From the sequence record OM386665.1: DNA of 64,000 bases; one strand, 5' to 3'. This DNA is from Escherichia phage vB_EcoM_ESCO56. The notes under the pieces were generated by a model. It did no database searches, was not told the DNA's origin, and worked only from the letters and a program-made list of their open reading frames with translations. Shown here piece by piece: positions 33,252 through 41,992 of this stretch. Within the stretch, counting starts at the first letter, position 1; every line of letters begins with the position of its first letter. The translations under genes were made by a program, and so were the position numbers.

Positions 33252-35618
33252 TTAATCGTAAAGTGTAGTTCCTTCTGGAACACACTTCACGTCAAAGCCT
33301 AAGAGCTTACTCACTTCAATAGGTGACACTTTATTCCAATCTAAATGGGAAAGCAAGAAGTTTTCTTGTTTTCTTTTTGAAAGGTAGTCTGTCACCTTAA
33401 TAACCATACGGTCACCAGCTTTCCTGATTTTCTTGTAAAGCTTTGTGTTATTGTCAAGACACCCTTTCAGAGTTTGCAAGACACTAGTGGTGTAAGTGTA
33501 TGCAAATGGTGCAGCAACATACTGGATTTTACCGAAAATTGCCTCTACAGCATCCTCATTACCTTCTAGGAAGATAGTTTTGTTAGTATCTCGTGAATAG
33601 CAATAACCACGAGAAATCTTCCTGTTATTGAATGTAAAGTTTCTGGCAATAATCCAACTGCTTGTAAGGTCAAGAACACCATTCATGTAGATGCGTGTCA
33701 TATACCTGTTATGATTAATCCAATGAACATCAGTTAAGCTGTCGTTCAAGAGCTTCTCCTCTACTTCAATCCAGTCTTCTGGTATCTTTTTCCAATTTGC
33801 TTTTCGGAAAACATAGACTGTCTTCCCTATAACATTAGCAACTGACTTAGCTACATCTTCTGGAGATGAGCAAAAACATTCACCATCAACTGTGTCACCG
33901 ACTGCCTTAATGTAAAGCTGAGGTTCTTCAATTGTGCCTAAGTCTTCTGACACCTCTTTGTAGGAGGCTACACCTTCTGCCGGAACTGCTTTCCAGAGTT
34001 TTACAACACTCCTGACAGCTTCTTTACGCTGGTAATGGTGCTCCTTATCAGACATTTTCACAATCTTTAACAAACTTTTATCAAGTTTGTGTAGATTGAT
34101 TAAATCATCTAACTCTTTTTCAGTCGAGAATACAAACACAATACCACTGTATCTGTGAAACAGTCTTGACTCGTTGGCGTAGTCTCGACATGCACCACGC
34201 AAGATTTGATTGCGTCCTACAGTCTTCTCAGTACCGTTTTTATTGCGACGGTCATTAATAACAAACAAAAACTGTTCAACTTGGCTTTTACGCATTGCAC
34301 CAAAGATATTGAACATACTTGCCTCTTGAGTGTAGGAAAGTGCTGTTGCACGAATCTTACTCTCTAAAGAGTTAAACTTAACATAAGCAACTGGGTTATA
34401 AAGATAATCTACTTTAGGGATGTTGTTTCCGTTCTTATCAACCTTAAAATTACCTTTGCCGTCACGTTCATAGATGACTGAGCCGTCTTCTGCGTAGATA
34501 ATTCCACGACGAATGTTTAACAATTCTTCTTCCAGAGAGTCAAGCTTAACACCTCCCCACTCTAGCTTTGGACACACAGCACTAAACATTTCTCGTGAGT
34601 TCAAACGTAACTCTGCATAAGCCTGTGCAGCATCCATGAGTGTAGGTTGGTTATTAACTCCCTTAATAACGTCCCTTGTAATTGCTTCAGTTATCTTTTT
34701 GGTAGCCTCGATAATGACATTTTTTGTCGTATCATTCATCTGCAATGCTTCACGAGAAGCTGCAATAGCAACTGCACCAATAGGCATGTAGATGTTTACA
34801 AGGTCTACACTTCTACGGAAAAACTCTGGCAAGATTTTGAAGAAATCATCGCCAAGTAATGCTTCCATATTAACTGGATAGGCAATATTACCCATCACCA
34901 CATTAAACCCTGTTCTGTTAATACTAGAACGCCAGCTTTGCTTATGAATCATGGCATCATAAACACCTTCTTCACGGGCAATGACGTTCATATCTGCTAA
35001 CACGTCATCATATACAATATTACTTTCTGGTTTTACAGCAAAGTATGAGTATACGTGACCAGCCTCTTCAAAGAACTTTGAAATACGATGGTCAGCAACA
35101 GCCACACGTACAGCTAAGCCGTTAGGTTCATTTGTTTGGTTAGTAGTAAGCTTAGTTACTTGAGGGATATCATTCTCAAGGTAAACAGAGTATTTATTAA
35201 CAACACCATCAACATAGCTAGACACTGTGAATGACTGAGCAATCGCAAACGGTGACTTTGAGCCGATACCCATTGCACCAATGTAGTCATTAGAATCATT
35301 CTTCGTAGAAGCCCCATAGTTCAGATACAAATTCATTACTTTGTCATGGGTTAAACCAGTTCCAAAGTCACGGACTTCAAAGTAAGGCTCAAATCGAGTA
35401 GGTAAATGCACATGGAATGGGATGTTCTCTTTTCCAGCTTCTTTCTGAGCATCTACTGCATTACATGACAGTTCACGAATCACTGCTCTTTCTTTAAAGG
35501 TATATACATCAGAACTCAGGAGGCTGAACATCTCAGGTGTCATTATAATCTGTGCTTGAGATGTCTCCAAAGAAGTTGAACTCTTAATCACTTCTGCGTG
35601 GTCGTTTACCATGCGCAT
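33252..35618 (-). CDS. rIIA: rIIA-like protein with N-terminal GHKL (histidine-kinase-like) ATPase domain
   Basis: 788 aa; N box ELSCNAVDA, G1 box DFGTG, G2 box GAMGIGSKS. Confidence 0.7.
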   Translation of the reverse strand: MRMVNDHAEVIKSSTSLETSQAQIIMTPEMFSLLSSDVYTFKERAVIRELSCNAVDAQKEAGKENIPFHVHLPTRFEPYFEVRDFGTGLTHDKVMNLYLNYGASTKNDSNDYIGAMGIGSKSPFAIAQSFTVSSYVDGVVNKYSVYLENDIPQVTKLTTNQTNEPNGLAVRVAVADHRISKFFEEAGHVYSYFAVKPESNIVYDDVLADMNVIAREEGVYDAMIHKQSWRSSINRTGFNVVMGNIAYPVNMEALLGDDFFKILPEFFRRSVDLVNIYMPIGAVAIAASREALQMNDTTKNVIIEATKKITEAITRDVIKGVNNQPTLMDAAQAYAELRLNSREMFSAVCPKLEWGGVKLDSLEEELLNIRRGIIYAEDGSVIYERDGKGNFKVDKNGNNIPKVDYLYNPVAYVKFNSLESKIRATALSYTQEASMFNIFGAMRKSQVEQFLFVINDRRNKNGTEKTVGRNQILRGACRDYANESRLFHRYSGIVFVFSTEKELDDLINLHKLDKSLLKIVKMSDKEHHYQRKEAVRSVVKLWKAVPAEGVASYKEVSEDLGTIEEPQLYIKAVGDTVDGECFCSSPEDVAKSVANVIGKTVYVFRKANWKKIPEDWIEVEEKLLNDSLTDVHWINHNRYMTRIYMNGVLDLTSSWIIARNFTFNNRKISRGYCYSRDTNKTIFLEGNEDAVEAIFGKIQYVAAPFAYTYTTSVLQTLKGCLDNNTKLYKKIRKAGDRMVIKVTDYLSKRKQENFLLSHLDWNKVSPIEVSKLLGFDVKCVPEGTTLYD

Positions 35619-35646
35619 AATATTCCCCTCTTAGTTTACTGTTAAA

Positions 35647-35823
35647 TTACTTATTAAACATTTTACCAGAGCCGCCACACATAGGGCAACAACCTGCTCT
35701 TGTATAACCTTCTCCATTACAGTAATCACACTTCTTGTGCTCTGCATAGTAATTGCAAAGAAGGTAAACAAAGATTGCTATGCTACCAAGTGACAGTAAA
35801 ATTTCTATCCAATATACTTGCAT
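35647..35823 (-). CDS. small membrane-anchored protein with DnaJ-type zinc finger repeats (CxxCxGxG x2)
   Basis: 58 aa, not in ORF track: MQVYWIEILLSLGSIAIFVYLLCNYYAEHKKCDYCNGEGYTRAGCCPMCGGSGKMFNK. Confidence 0.5.
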   Translation of the reverse strand: MQVYWIEILLSLGSIAIFVYLLCNYYAEHKKCDYCNGEGYTRAGCCPMCGGSGKMFNK

Positions 35824-36140
35824 GACTCACCTCTCATATTTTTGTAAAGGGTAAAGCTTCTGTCATGGACGATACTTGTAGATACTGAAAAGTTACTTTC
35901 AAGCATCTGTTTGTTTGGATTGTAGAAGCTTTCTTTAAACTCATCAAGAGCAAATTGGTGATTGTCTGGGAGACCTTTTACACAAACCTTTATTGTGATT
36001 ACTGCTGCAATCTTGTCAGTCAGTTCTTCTTTAGCTGCTACTAAAAACTTGTTAAGAAACTTTTTACCATCTTCAGGCTTCTTAATGTTTTCCCAACGTT
36101 CTTCTAGGACAACGCTAATGTTCATTTCTTTGATTCTCAT
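35805..36140 (-). CDS. hypothetical protein
   Basis: 111 aa ORF. Confidence 0.5.
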   Translation of the reverse strand: MRIKEMNISVVLEERWENIKKPEDGKKFLNKFLVAAKEELTDKIAAVITIKVCVKGLPDNHQFALDEFKESFYNPNKQMLESNFSVSTSIVHDRSFTLYKNMRGESCKYIG

Positions 36141-36157
36141 AGTCTTCTCCAGAAATT

Positions 36158-36178
36158 AAAAAGGCTCCCATAGGAGCC
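36158..36178 (-). terminator. intrinsic terminator
   Basis: Minus strand GGCTCC-TATG-GGAGCC followed by TTTTT. Confidence 0.7.
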
Positions 36179-36198
36179 TCTTATCATATACTTTTAAA

Positions 36199-36366
36199 GC
36201 TGCTTGTCAATATTGTTTCGAATATCGCCAAGAGTTGTGTAACCGAACTGCTTAGAGTCACTAAAGACTAAACGTAAAGCACAAGCTGGGTGGTCAAGTA
36301 CATCTGCAAAACTCTGGAATCCATAGCCATCTACAGCTTTCAGCTTATCACCATCCCACATAGGTG
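36199..36366 (-). CDS. hypothetical small protein (55 aa)
   Basis: Below ORF-track length cutoff: MWDGDKLKAVDGYGFQSFADVLDHPACALRLVFSDSKQFGYTTLGDIRNNIDKQL. Confidence 0.35.
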
Positions 36367-36405
36367 TACGCCACCAAAGGCAGATTTCTTAACACCACTA
36401 TCTGT

Positions 36406-36726
36406 TTACTGAGCCACTTTCAAGATGCTTGTGAATGAAATCTCACTCTCATCCATAAACTCTTTTGCTTCTCCAGTAACTTTTACAAAGTTATCTAGGC
36501 AGATAATCTTCTTATCTTTCTTGCTATAGGTTAGCTTAACCTTTTCAATATCTTTCTTAGAGCTTTCCTCTTCATTAAAGAGCTTTACAGCTTCTTTGAA
36601 TGGGAGGTATGAGCCATCATCGTCGCTAATAAAACCTGTACCACAATAGTAGAAGTTATATTCTTTAGCCATAAACTGGCACAGTACGAAAATCTGTAAT
36701 TTGCGAGTGTTATAAACTTTGCTCAT
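36406..36726 (-). CDS. hypothetical protein
   Basis: 106 aa ORF. Confidence 0.5.
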   Translation of the reverse strand: MSKVYNTRKLQIFVLCQFMAKEYNFYYCGTGFISDDDGSYLPFKEAVKLFNEEESSKKDIEKVKLTYSKKDKKIICLDNFVKVTGEAKEFMDESEISFTSILKVAQ

Positions 36727-36728
36727 GA

Positions 36729-36986
36729 TTATTTAGCCTTCTTATTACGTTTATGGTTACGAGCTTTCTTAGCTGCTCGTTTAATAGCTGCTGCACCAGA
36801 CGGACGGTGGGCTTGTTTCTTACCACCTTTATCACGGCCTACATAGGTACTTTTCATAAACTCATTAGCCAGCTTCTCCTCCATCTTAAAGTTCTGCATA
36901 AGATGAGTCACATCAACGCCAGTGAGCATACCTAATGAAGCTAGTGCTGCTTTTACTTTTGATTTAAAGCTATTCCAGATTCCCAT
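36729..36986 (-). CDS. hypothetical basic protein
   Basis: 85 aa; Lys/Arg-rich C-terminus. Confidence 0.5.
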   Translation of the reverse strand: MGIWNSFKSKVKAALASLGMLTGVDVTHLMQNFKMEEKLANEFMKSTYVGRDKGGKKQAHRPSGAAAIKRAAKKARNHKRNKKAK

Positions 36987-37109
36987 TTCATATCTCTCTC
37001 AATCTTTTCACAAATGTTTTAAGTTCTCCTTCAGTGACACCAATGGTTAAGTTTGTTCTGTAGAACATTGTAAAGTGGTCTTTACCGATAACCTACTTTA
37101 CAATGAGAT

Positions 37110-37595
37110 TTACTCTGCTCTCCACTGACAATCACCTTGCCACCCATACTCTTTTCTCCAGAGAATTTGGTTATCAGAACCACGATATGGTTTAGTTGTT
37201 GGTTTAGATAAATCATACTTGCCATCAATCACCACGTCAATGTATTTCATCACATCAAGGTGAATTTTTTCGTGTAGTTGAAAACCTGTCCAAAGCCATA
37301 TAGACTTCTCTGGATAAATAGTTTTAATACGTTTACATATATTGGTAACCTCTTGAATATTTCTATCATCCAGAGGTTCTCCACCAAGTATTGACAAACC
37401 ACTGACAGCATTATCACCCATTAGCTGGATGATTCCATAGAGGTTTGCATAAGTAAACTCTTTACCAGCATTAAACTTCCAAGACTCCCTGTTAAAGCAG
37501 CCTTCGCAGTGATGCTTACAACCAGCTACGAAGAGGCTTACACGAACCCCTTCACCATTAGCTGTATCAAATGGTCTAATATCCATGTAATTCAT
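37110..37595 (-). CDS. nrdG: anaerobic ribonucleotide reductase activating protein (radical SAM)
   Basis: 161 aa; CKHHCEGC radical-SAM cysteine cluster; adjacent to nrdD. Confidence 0.85.
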   Translation of the reverse strand: MNYMDIRPFDTANGEGVRVSLFVAGCKHHCEGCFNRESWKFNAGKEFTYANLYGIIQLMGDNAVSGLSILGGEPLDDRNIQEVTNICKRIKTIYPEKSIWLWTGFQLHEKIHLDVMKYIDVVIDGKYDLSKPTTKPYRGSDNQILWRKEYGWQGDCQWRAE

Positions 37596-37659
37596 ATAGT
37601 TACCTCACCAATAAAAAGGTGATGTAAGCCTATCAAAACCCACACCACCTTGTCAAGTT

Positions 37660-38607
37660 TTACATAGAAACCCTATCCTTAATTTCTGCCATCTTAGCGT
37701 CATTCATTCGAGACTGACCTTTAATTTTTGTGAATGACAAGTACCCGCACACCCTGTTAATCACAGAGATATCGTGTGAATGACAAACCTCACATTCTTC
37801 AACATCAGCCTTTGGTCTGTTACCACAATGTTCACAGATTGCTAAGTCAAAGTTAAGTCCCTGATAGAAACCTTTCAACATCCCCCTTGTAATACAACTT
37901 TTAAGTGCTGATAAGTTTTCTGGATTAGCTACCCTTACATACTGGATTCTGCCGCCTCTACAGATATGGAAGAAGGGTTCTTCTAAGTCCTGCTTCTCAA
38001 ATGGTGTAATGTCTGCTGCAACATTCATATGGAAACTGTTTGTAAAGTATTCCTTGTCAGAAACACCTTTGATAACACCAAACATATCTCTGAACTGTTT
38101 TAGCTGAGTCCCACAAAGTGATTCTGCTGGAGTGCCATAGACTGCATATAAGAAGCCATCTTCATTTTTAAACTCTTCAGTTTTCATGTTGATGTATGCC
38201 AGAACATCATATGCAAAACTACAGCTTCCAACTTCATGGAGTCGTTTACCCTCAGCAAGAACAGACAACTCATCAAGAGCAGTAACCCCAAAAGAGGCTG
38301 TGAAAGACTTCACGATATCCCAACCAACCTTATCAGTAGGCTTCTTAGTCCCTTTGTACAGACCACCTTGCGTAAATGCAAGAGGGTTAGAACTTGCTGG
38401 CATATTAGCAATCATTTCGTAACGTTTCTTGTGGAAGCTGCGAATCATCTCTAGGTGCTTATCAAGCTCTTTCCAGAAATCTAAACCATTCTCTTTGGTG
38501 TACTGGTAAATCATTGGTAAGTTCAAAGATACAGCACCAATGTTAGCACGACCTACATAAAACTCTTCACCATGTTCGGTGTGGTATGGTGATAAAAATG
38601 CTCTACA
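37660..38607 (-). CDS. nrdD: anaerobic ribonucleotide reductase NrdD, exon 2
   Basis: C-terminal part with glycyl-radical motif RVCGYL and Cys cluster CEHCG...CEVC; reading frame extends upstream of the track start to the proposed 3' splice site. Confidence 0.75.
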   Translation of the reverse strand, partial: CRAFLSPYHTEHGEEFYVGRANIGAVSLNLPMIYQYTKENGLDFWKELDKHLEMIRSFHKKRYEMIANMPASSNPLAFTQGGLYKGTKKPTDKVGWDIVKSFTASFGVTALDELSVLAEGKRLHEVGSCSFAYDVLAYINMKTEEFKNEDGFLYAVYGTPAESLCGTQLKQFRDMFGVIKGVSDKEYFTNSFHMNVAADITPFEKQDLEEPFFHICRGGRIQYVRVANPENLSALKSCITRGMLKGFYQGLNFDLAICEHCGNRPKADVEECEVCHSHDISVINRVCGYLSFTKIKGQSRMNDAKMAEIKDRVSM

Positions 38608-38923
38608 CTTGTTGTTCAGGTAAGTTCGCTAAGCTTACCCCGCTTTATTCAAGCTGCTTACTGTCGCCAGTAAGTCCAGACTATATCTTCTACTTATTTC
38701 TAAGTAGCGTACCATTTCGAGTCGCTTGACCCTACACCGCTACATTCATCACGGTTAGTCGTTCGGCATTTAGATGTACTCAAACTCATATTCGAAGTTA
38801 TTCGGTATGTAAGACTCCTACGTTGTATATTTTCTTACATCGTACATCATTTAGCACAGGATTGTCTACATCTGTAGAGTTTCCCTGTTTAGGCACGTTT
38901 TAGATGAGCTATAGAGCTTGTTA
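38608..38923 (-). ncRNA. group I self-splicing intron in nrdD (ORF-less)
   Basis: Separates two nrdD halves in different frames; contains P-like AACAGGGAAACTC, Q-like AATCCTGTGC, R-like GAACGACTAA and S-like AAGATATAGTC (R/S form GACUA/UAGUC P7); U before 5' splice site, G before proposed 3' splice site. Splice sites approximate. Confidence 0.7.
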
Positions 38924-40120
38924 ACCCATCGGTGAAATAACCTTACCAGAACGCTCAAAAGCCTCTGCTACAGCACCATGACCAGATACACTTAAGAAAT
39001 CTGGATACATTGCTTTAGAGCAACACTCAATGGCTTTACTGTACAGGTGTCCTTGACAGATATCCTCATCGTGTCTCTTCTGGTCATAAATATAAACCAG
39101 TTTAGGGAATACAACAGGCTTCTTGCTCTTACCTTGTCCATTCATACGAACATCTAGGAGAGTGCTCGCAATCATGTATTGCAGTCGGTTATCTTCATTA
39201 GACATATCTGAGTCAAGTAACCCGAATGTCAAAGTTGTGAATGCAAAATCCCCACGGCTACAAGGTACAGTATTTAGTTTCATTTCAAGTGACTGGAAAC
39301 CTTGAGTCAGTTCAATCTGTAGCTGCTCCATGACATAATTGTGGTAATGTTCTTTAGGAATACCATAAGATGCTGCTTTCTCAGCATGATAGCGTAGAGA
39401 CTTCTTAGCATACGGCACAAGTACCTTATCAATCTCTGCTAAAGTAAAACCACCAAATTGCTGTGCAGTTGCTGAAAGAACTACGTCACCAATAACCTGT
39501 AAGGCCGACAGTACAGACTTCGGTTCACAATATTCAATGCCAGACATTTCAAAGCCACCTTTCAGGACTTTACCAATGTCAAACAGACAACAGTTGATAC
39601 CACCAAAAATTAGGTCTCTTAAATCATGGATATAGATAAACCCTTTTTCAATGGCTTCAAGTTCCTCTGGTGTTAAATGGTACTGTTTAAAGATTTCTTT
39701 AGTCAGATAACCACGAATAATTGAGCCTTTTGTAGAAATTAAACTGCTGTCAAAGTTAGCATTCTCTCTGTCACCTAAGAAGAGTGTATCTTTGGTCTTC
39801 TGGTAAAGTTCATCCCAATTTTGAGCAACTTCTTTACGGTAATTTCTATATGTTGAGTAAGACTCATAAATCTCGTGGTTGACTTCTGCCAAAGCACCCT
39901 CAACAATACTGTGAATATCATTTACTGAAATGAGTAAATTATTCTGCTTAGTGGATTTTACCAGAACCCTCATAAATGCTGACTCAAGAGCTTGGGTAAC
40001 ATCTGGTGGAAGCTCTTTATAACCAACTCTGTTAGCTGACTTTGTGACTGCTGTTAAAACTTTTTTGATATCAGGTTCTTCGAGTGAGCCATTCTTTTTA
40101 ATAATCTGTACTTTGTTCAT
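38924..40120 (-). CDS. nrdD: anaerobic ribonucleotide reductase NrdD, exon 1
   Basis: 399 aa N-terminal part beginning with ATP-cone-like MNKVQIIKKNGSLEEPDIKKV; spliced product predicted about 714 aa. Confidence 0.8.
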
Positions 40121-40139
40121 TATTGCCCCTTTACATTCT

Positions 40140-40160
40140 AAAAAGGTCTCCGAAGAGACC
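40140..40160 (-). terminator. intrinsic terminator
   Basis: Minus strand GGTCTC-TTCG-GAGACC followed by TTTTT. Confidence 0.7.
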
Positions 40161-40168
40161 CTTTCATT

Positions 40169-40375
40169 TTAAATCTTTTTAGAAAACTTCGCAAAGAGTT
40201 CTCTTAGTTTTTCAGTGATACCTAACTGTATCTCTAATATTTCAAAGATAACCCATAGTAACATGGCTCCAAACAACGAACCTTGTTCAAAGTCAGTAAA
40301 TAGGTTAACAATAAGCATACCAATCACAATAGCTGGTGCATCAACAACCAAACCTTCCCAAATGCGTTTAAGCAT
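40169..40375 (-). CDS. hypothetical small membrane protein
   Basis: 68 aa; hydrophobic segment PAIVIGMLIVNLF. Confidence 0.45.
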   Translation of the reverse strand: MLKRIWEGLVVDAPAIVIGMLIVNLFTDFEQGSLFGAMLLWVIFEILEIQLGITEKLRELFAKFSKKI

Positions 40376-40610
40376 TATTCACCTCTGCCATAAAATTCTG
40401 TAGCGTCCCAACAGGTTTTAGGTTTTGTCCATCAGTTTTCATGATGAATGGCATCTGACGAACTGGCATCTGTGCAATATCCATTAGTTCTGATAGCTCA
40501 TAATCCTGCCCTAGCATTCTCACAACATGGTCAATACCACGAGCTTTTGCAAAATTCTTTGCAGTCTCACACTGAGGGCATCCAGTTTTGGAGTAAATTA
40601 CATAAGTCAT
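40368..40610 (-). CDS. glutaredoxin-like protein (CPQC active site)
   Basis: 80 aa; YSKTGCPQCETAK near N-terminus; sits between nrdD and nrdB. Confidence 0.7.
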   Translation of the reverse strand: MTYVIYSKTGCPQCETAKNFAKARGIDHVVRMLGQDYELSELMDIAQMPVRQMPFIMKTDGQNLKPVGTLQNFMAEVNNA

Positions 40611-41683
40611 TAAGGAACCTCTAAAAATCCACTATTCAAATCGTCTACAACAGTATTCAATAGGTACGCACCGTTCTGTTGCTCCTGATTAGCATTCTGC
40701 TCTTTATCAATTTCCATCTTCTTAATCATGTACTTCAAAGGTGGTTCTTTAGGAGCTACAAAATCTCTTTGAATACCAAACATATCATACAGCGGGGCAG
40801 CATTATAGTAAACCCACTCATGAAGAATCTTTGTATTTAAGCCAACTACAGCACGTCCTTCGGAGAAGATATAATACGACCATTTCTCTTCACTTTCAAC
40901 TACTTCATCTAAGATTACTTTAATCTCTGGAAGAATTTGTTGAAAGGCTTTCTGCCACTCATCGTCTCTTAAAGTTTCTTTTAAAACTTCAATATCAATT
41001 TTAGTGTGAAGGATTTCGTCAAGCATAATTTTCTGGACAGCTTGAGCAATACCCTGAAATTTATCTTGAGCATCAAGTGCAAAGGTACATGCAAAGGATG
41101 CCATAAAAGATATACCTTCAAGCGCAGTCACTGCAAACAGCCCTTTCAGAATCACTTTATGGAAGTGTAAAGGGTCTTTGTCCAGAAGTGAGTCACGCAC
41201 ATAACTCAGACGATAGTTTATACCTTCATCCAGTAATTCTTCAAGAACACGATTCACAGTTTTTAATCGGTCTTGCACAGCAACATTCTGGTTAATCTCA
41301 TCTAAGATTGTTTCAGGGTTTTTAATACATTGCCTTACAATCTCTGAGTAAGTAAGAGCATGGAGGTTTTCAATCTCAGACTGCTTCATAATTGCAGTTG
41401 CATAGATGTCATCAGAGATAAATGGTGCAAAGGCAAATGCCAAGCTCTTAGCAACTTGAGTGTCTGCTTCCCATTGCCACTTAAGAATCTCAAGCATTAC
41501 ACCTGACATTGATGCTGGGACACTCTCAAAATCAAGACGTGATTGTTCAAAAGGGAACTCATCTTCTGACCAGTCTTGTGCTTTTTGTTGTTTATAAAGT
41601 TCAAAGATTTTTGGGTAGTGTTTATTAAGTGAGTCAAAAGTTTTTCTCTCACCACCTAAAAAGATTGGGTGCTGGTTAATCAT
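40610..41683 (-). CDS. nrdB: ribonucleotide reductase small subunit (class Ia beta)
   Basis: Track ORF 40610..41743 trimmed to ATG at 41683 (MINQHPIFLGG...) with GGAGA RBS; ferritin-like di-iron protein next to nrdA. Confidence 0.85.
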   Translation of the reverse strand: MINQHPIFLGGERKTFDSLNKHYPKIFELYKQQKAQDWSEDEFPFEQSRLDFESVPASMSGVMLEILKWQWEADTQVAKSLAFAFAPFISDDIYATAIMKQSEIENLHALTYSEIVRQCIKNPETILDEINQNVAVQDRLKTVNRVLEELLDEGINYRLSYVRDSLLDKDPLHFHKVILKGLFAVTALEGISFMASFACTFALDAQDKFQGIAQAVQKIMLDEILHTKIDIEVLKETLRDDEWQKAFQQILPEIKVILDEVVESEEKWSYYIFSEGRAVVGLNTKILHEWVYYNAAPLYDMFGIQRDFVAPKEPPLKYMIKKMEIDKEQNANQEQQNGAYLLNTVVDDLNSGFLEVP

Positions 41684-41937
41684 AGTGTGATTTCTCCTTT
41701 CTTTATCATTTCTGAGGCTTGTTTTCTGTCTAAAACTTCCCAATTTTCTTTGTTGAACATCTCATAAGGTCTTGCGTAGACTTTACCATCTGCTGTAGAG
41801 ATGTAAGAGATACCAGCAACCCATGAGTCATCCTTTTGTTTTATCATCATGTCTGTGCTACTCACATAGTACATCGTTTTCCGAGGCTTGTGGAGCAAGT
41901 ATATAGGCCGCTCATGTTTTTCTATTAAGTCTTTCAT
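41680..41937 (-). CDS. hypothetical protein
   Basis: Track ORF 41680..42021 trimmed to ATG at 41937 (MKDLIEKHERP...) with GGAGAG RBS; between nrdA and nrdB. Confidence 0.45.
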   Translation of the reverse strand: MKDLIEKHERPIYLLHKPRKTMYYVSSTDMMIKQKDDSWVAGISYISTADGKVYARPYEMFNKENWEVLDRKQASEMIKKGEITL

Positions 41938-41992
41938 GGTCTCTCCAAAGTTATTTTTAGAGGGTCTTTTACGACCCTCATAGTTGTTAAAA

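Noticed and set aside
38186-38454. Plus-strand track ORFs 38186..38422 and 38236..38454
   Set aside because: Antisense to nrdD exon 2, which has clear glycyl-radical enzyme motifs.
38527-38631. Alternative nrdD 3' splice site 21 nt upstream (exon 2 starting at 38628)
   Set aside because: Also in frame and preceded by G, but gives a less plausible junction and lacks the P10 pairing seen for the 38607 junction. Kept as an alternative, not excluded.
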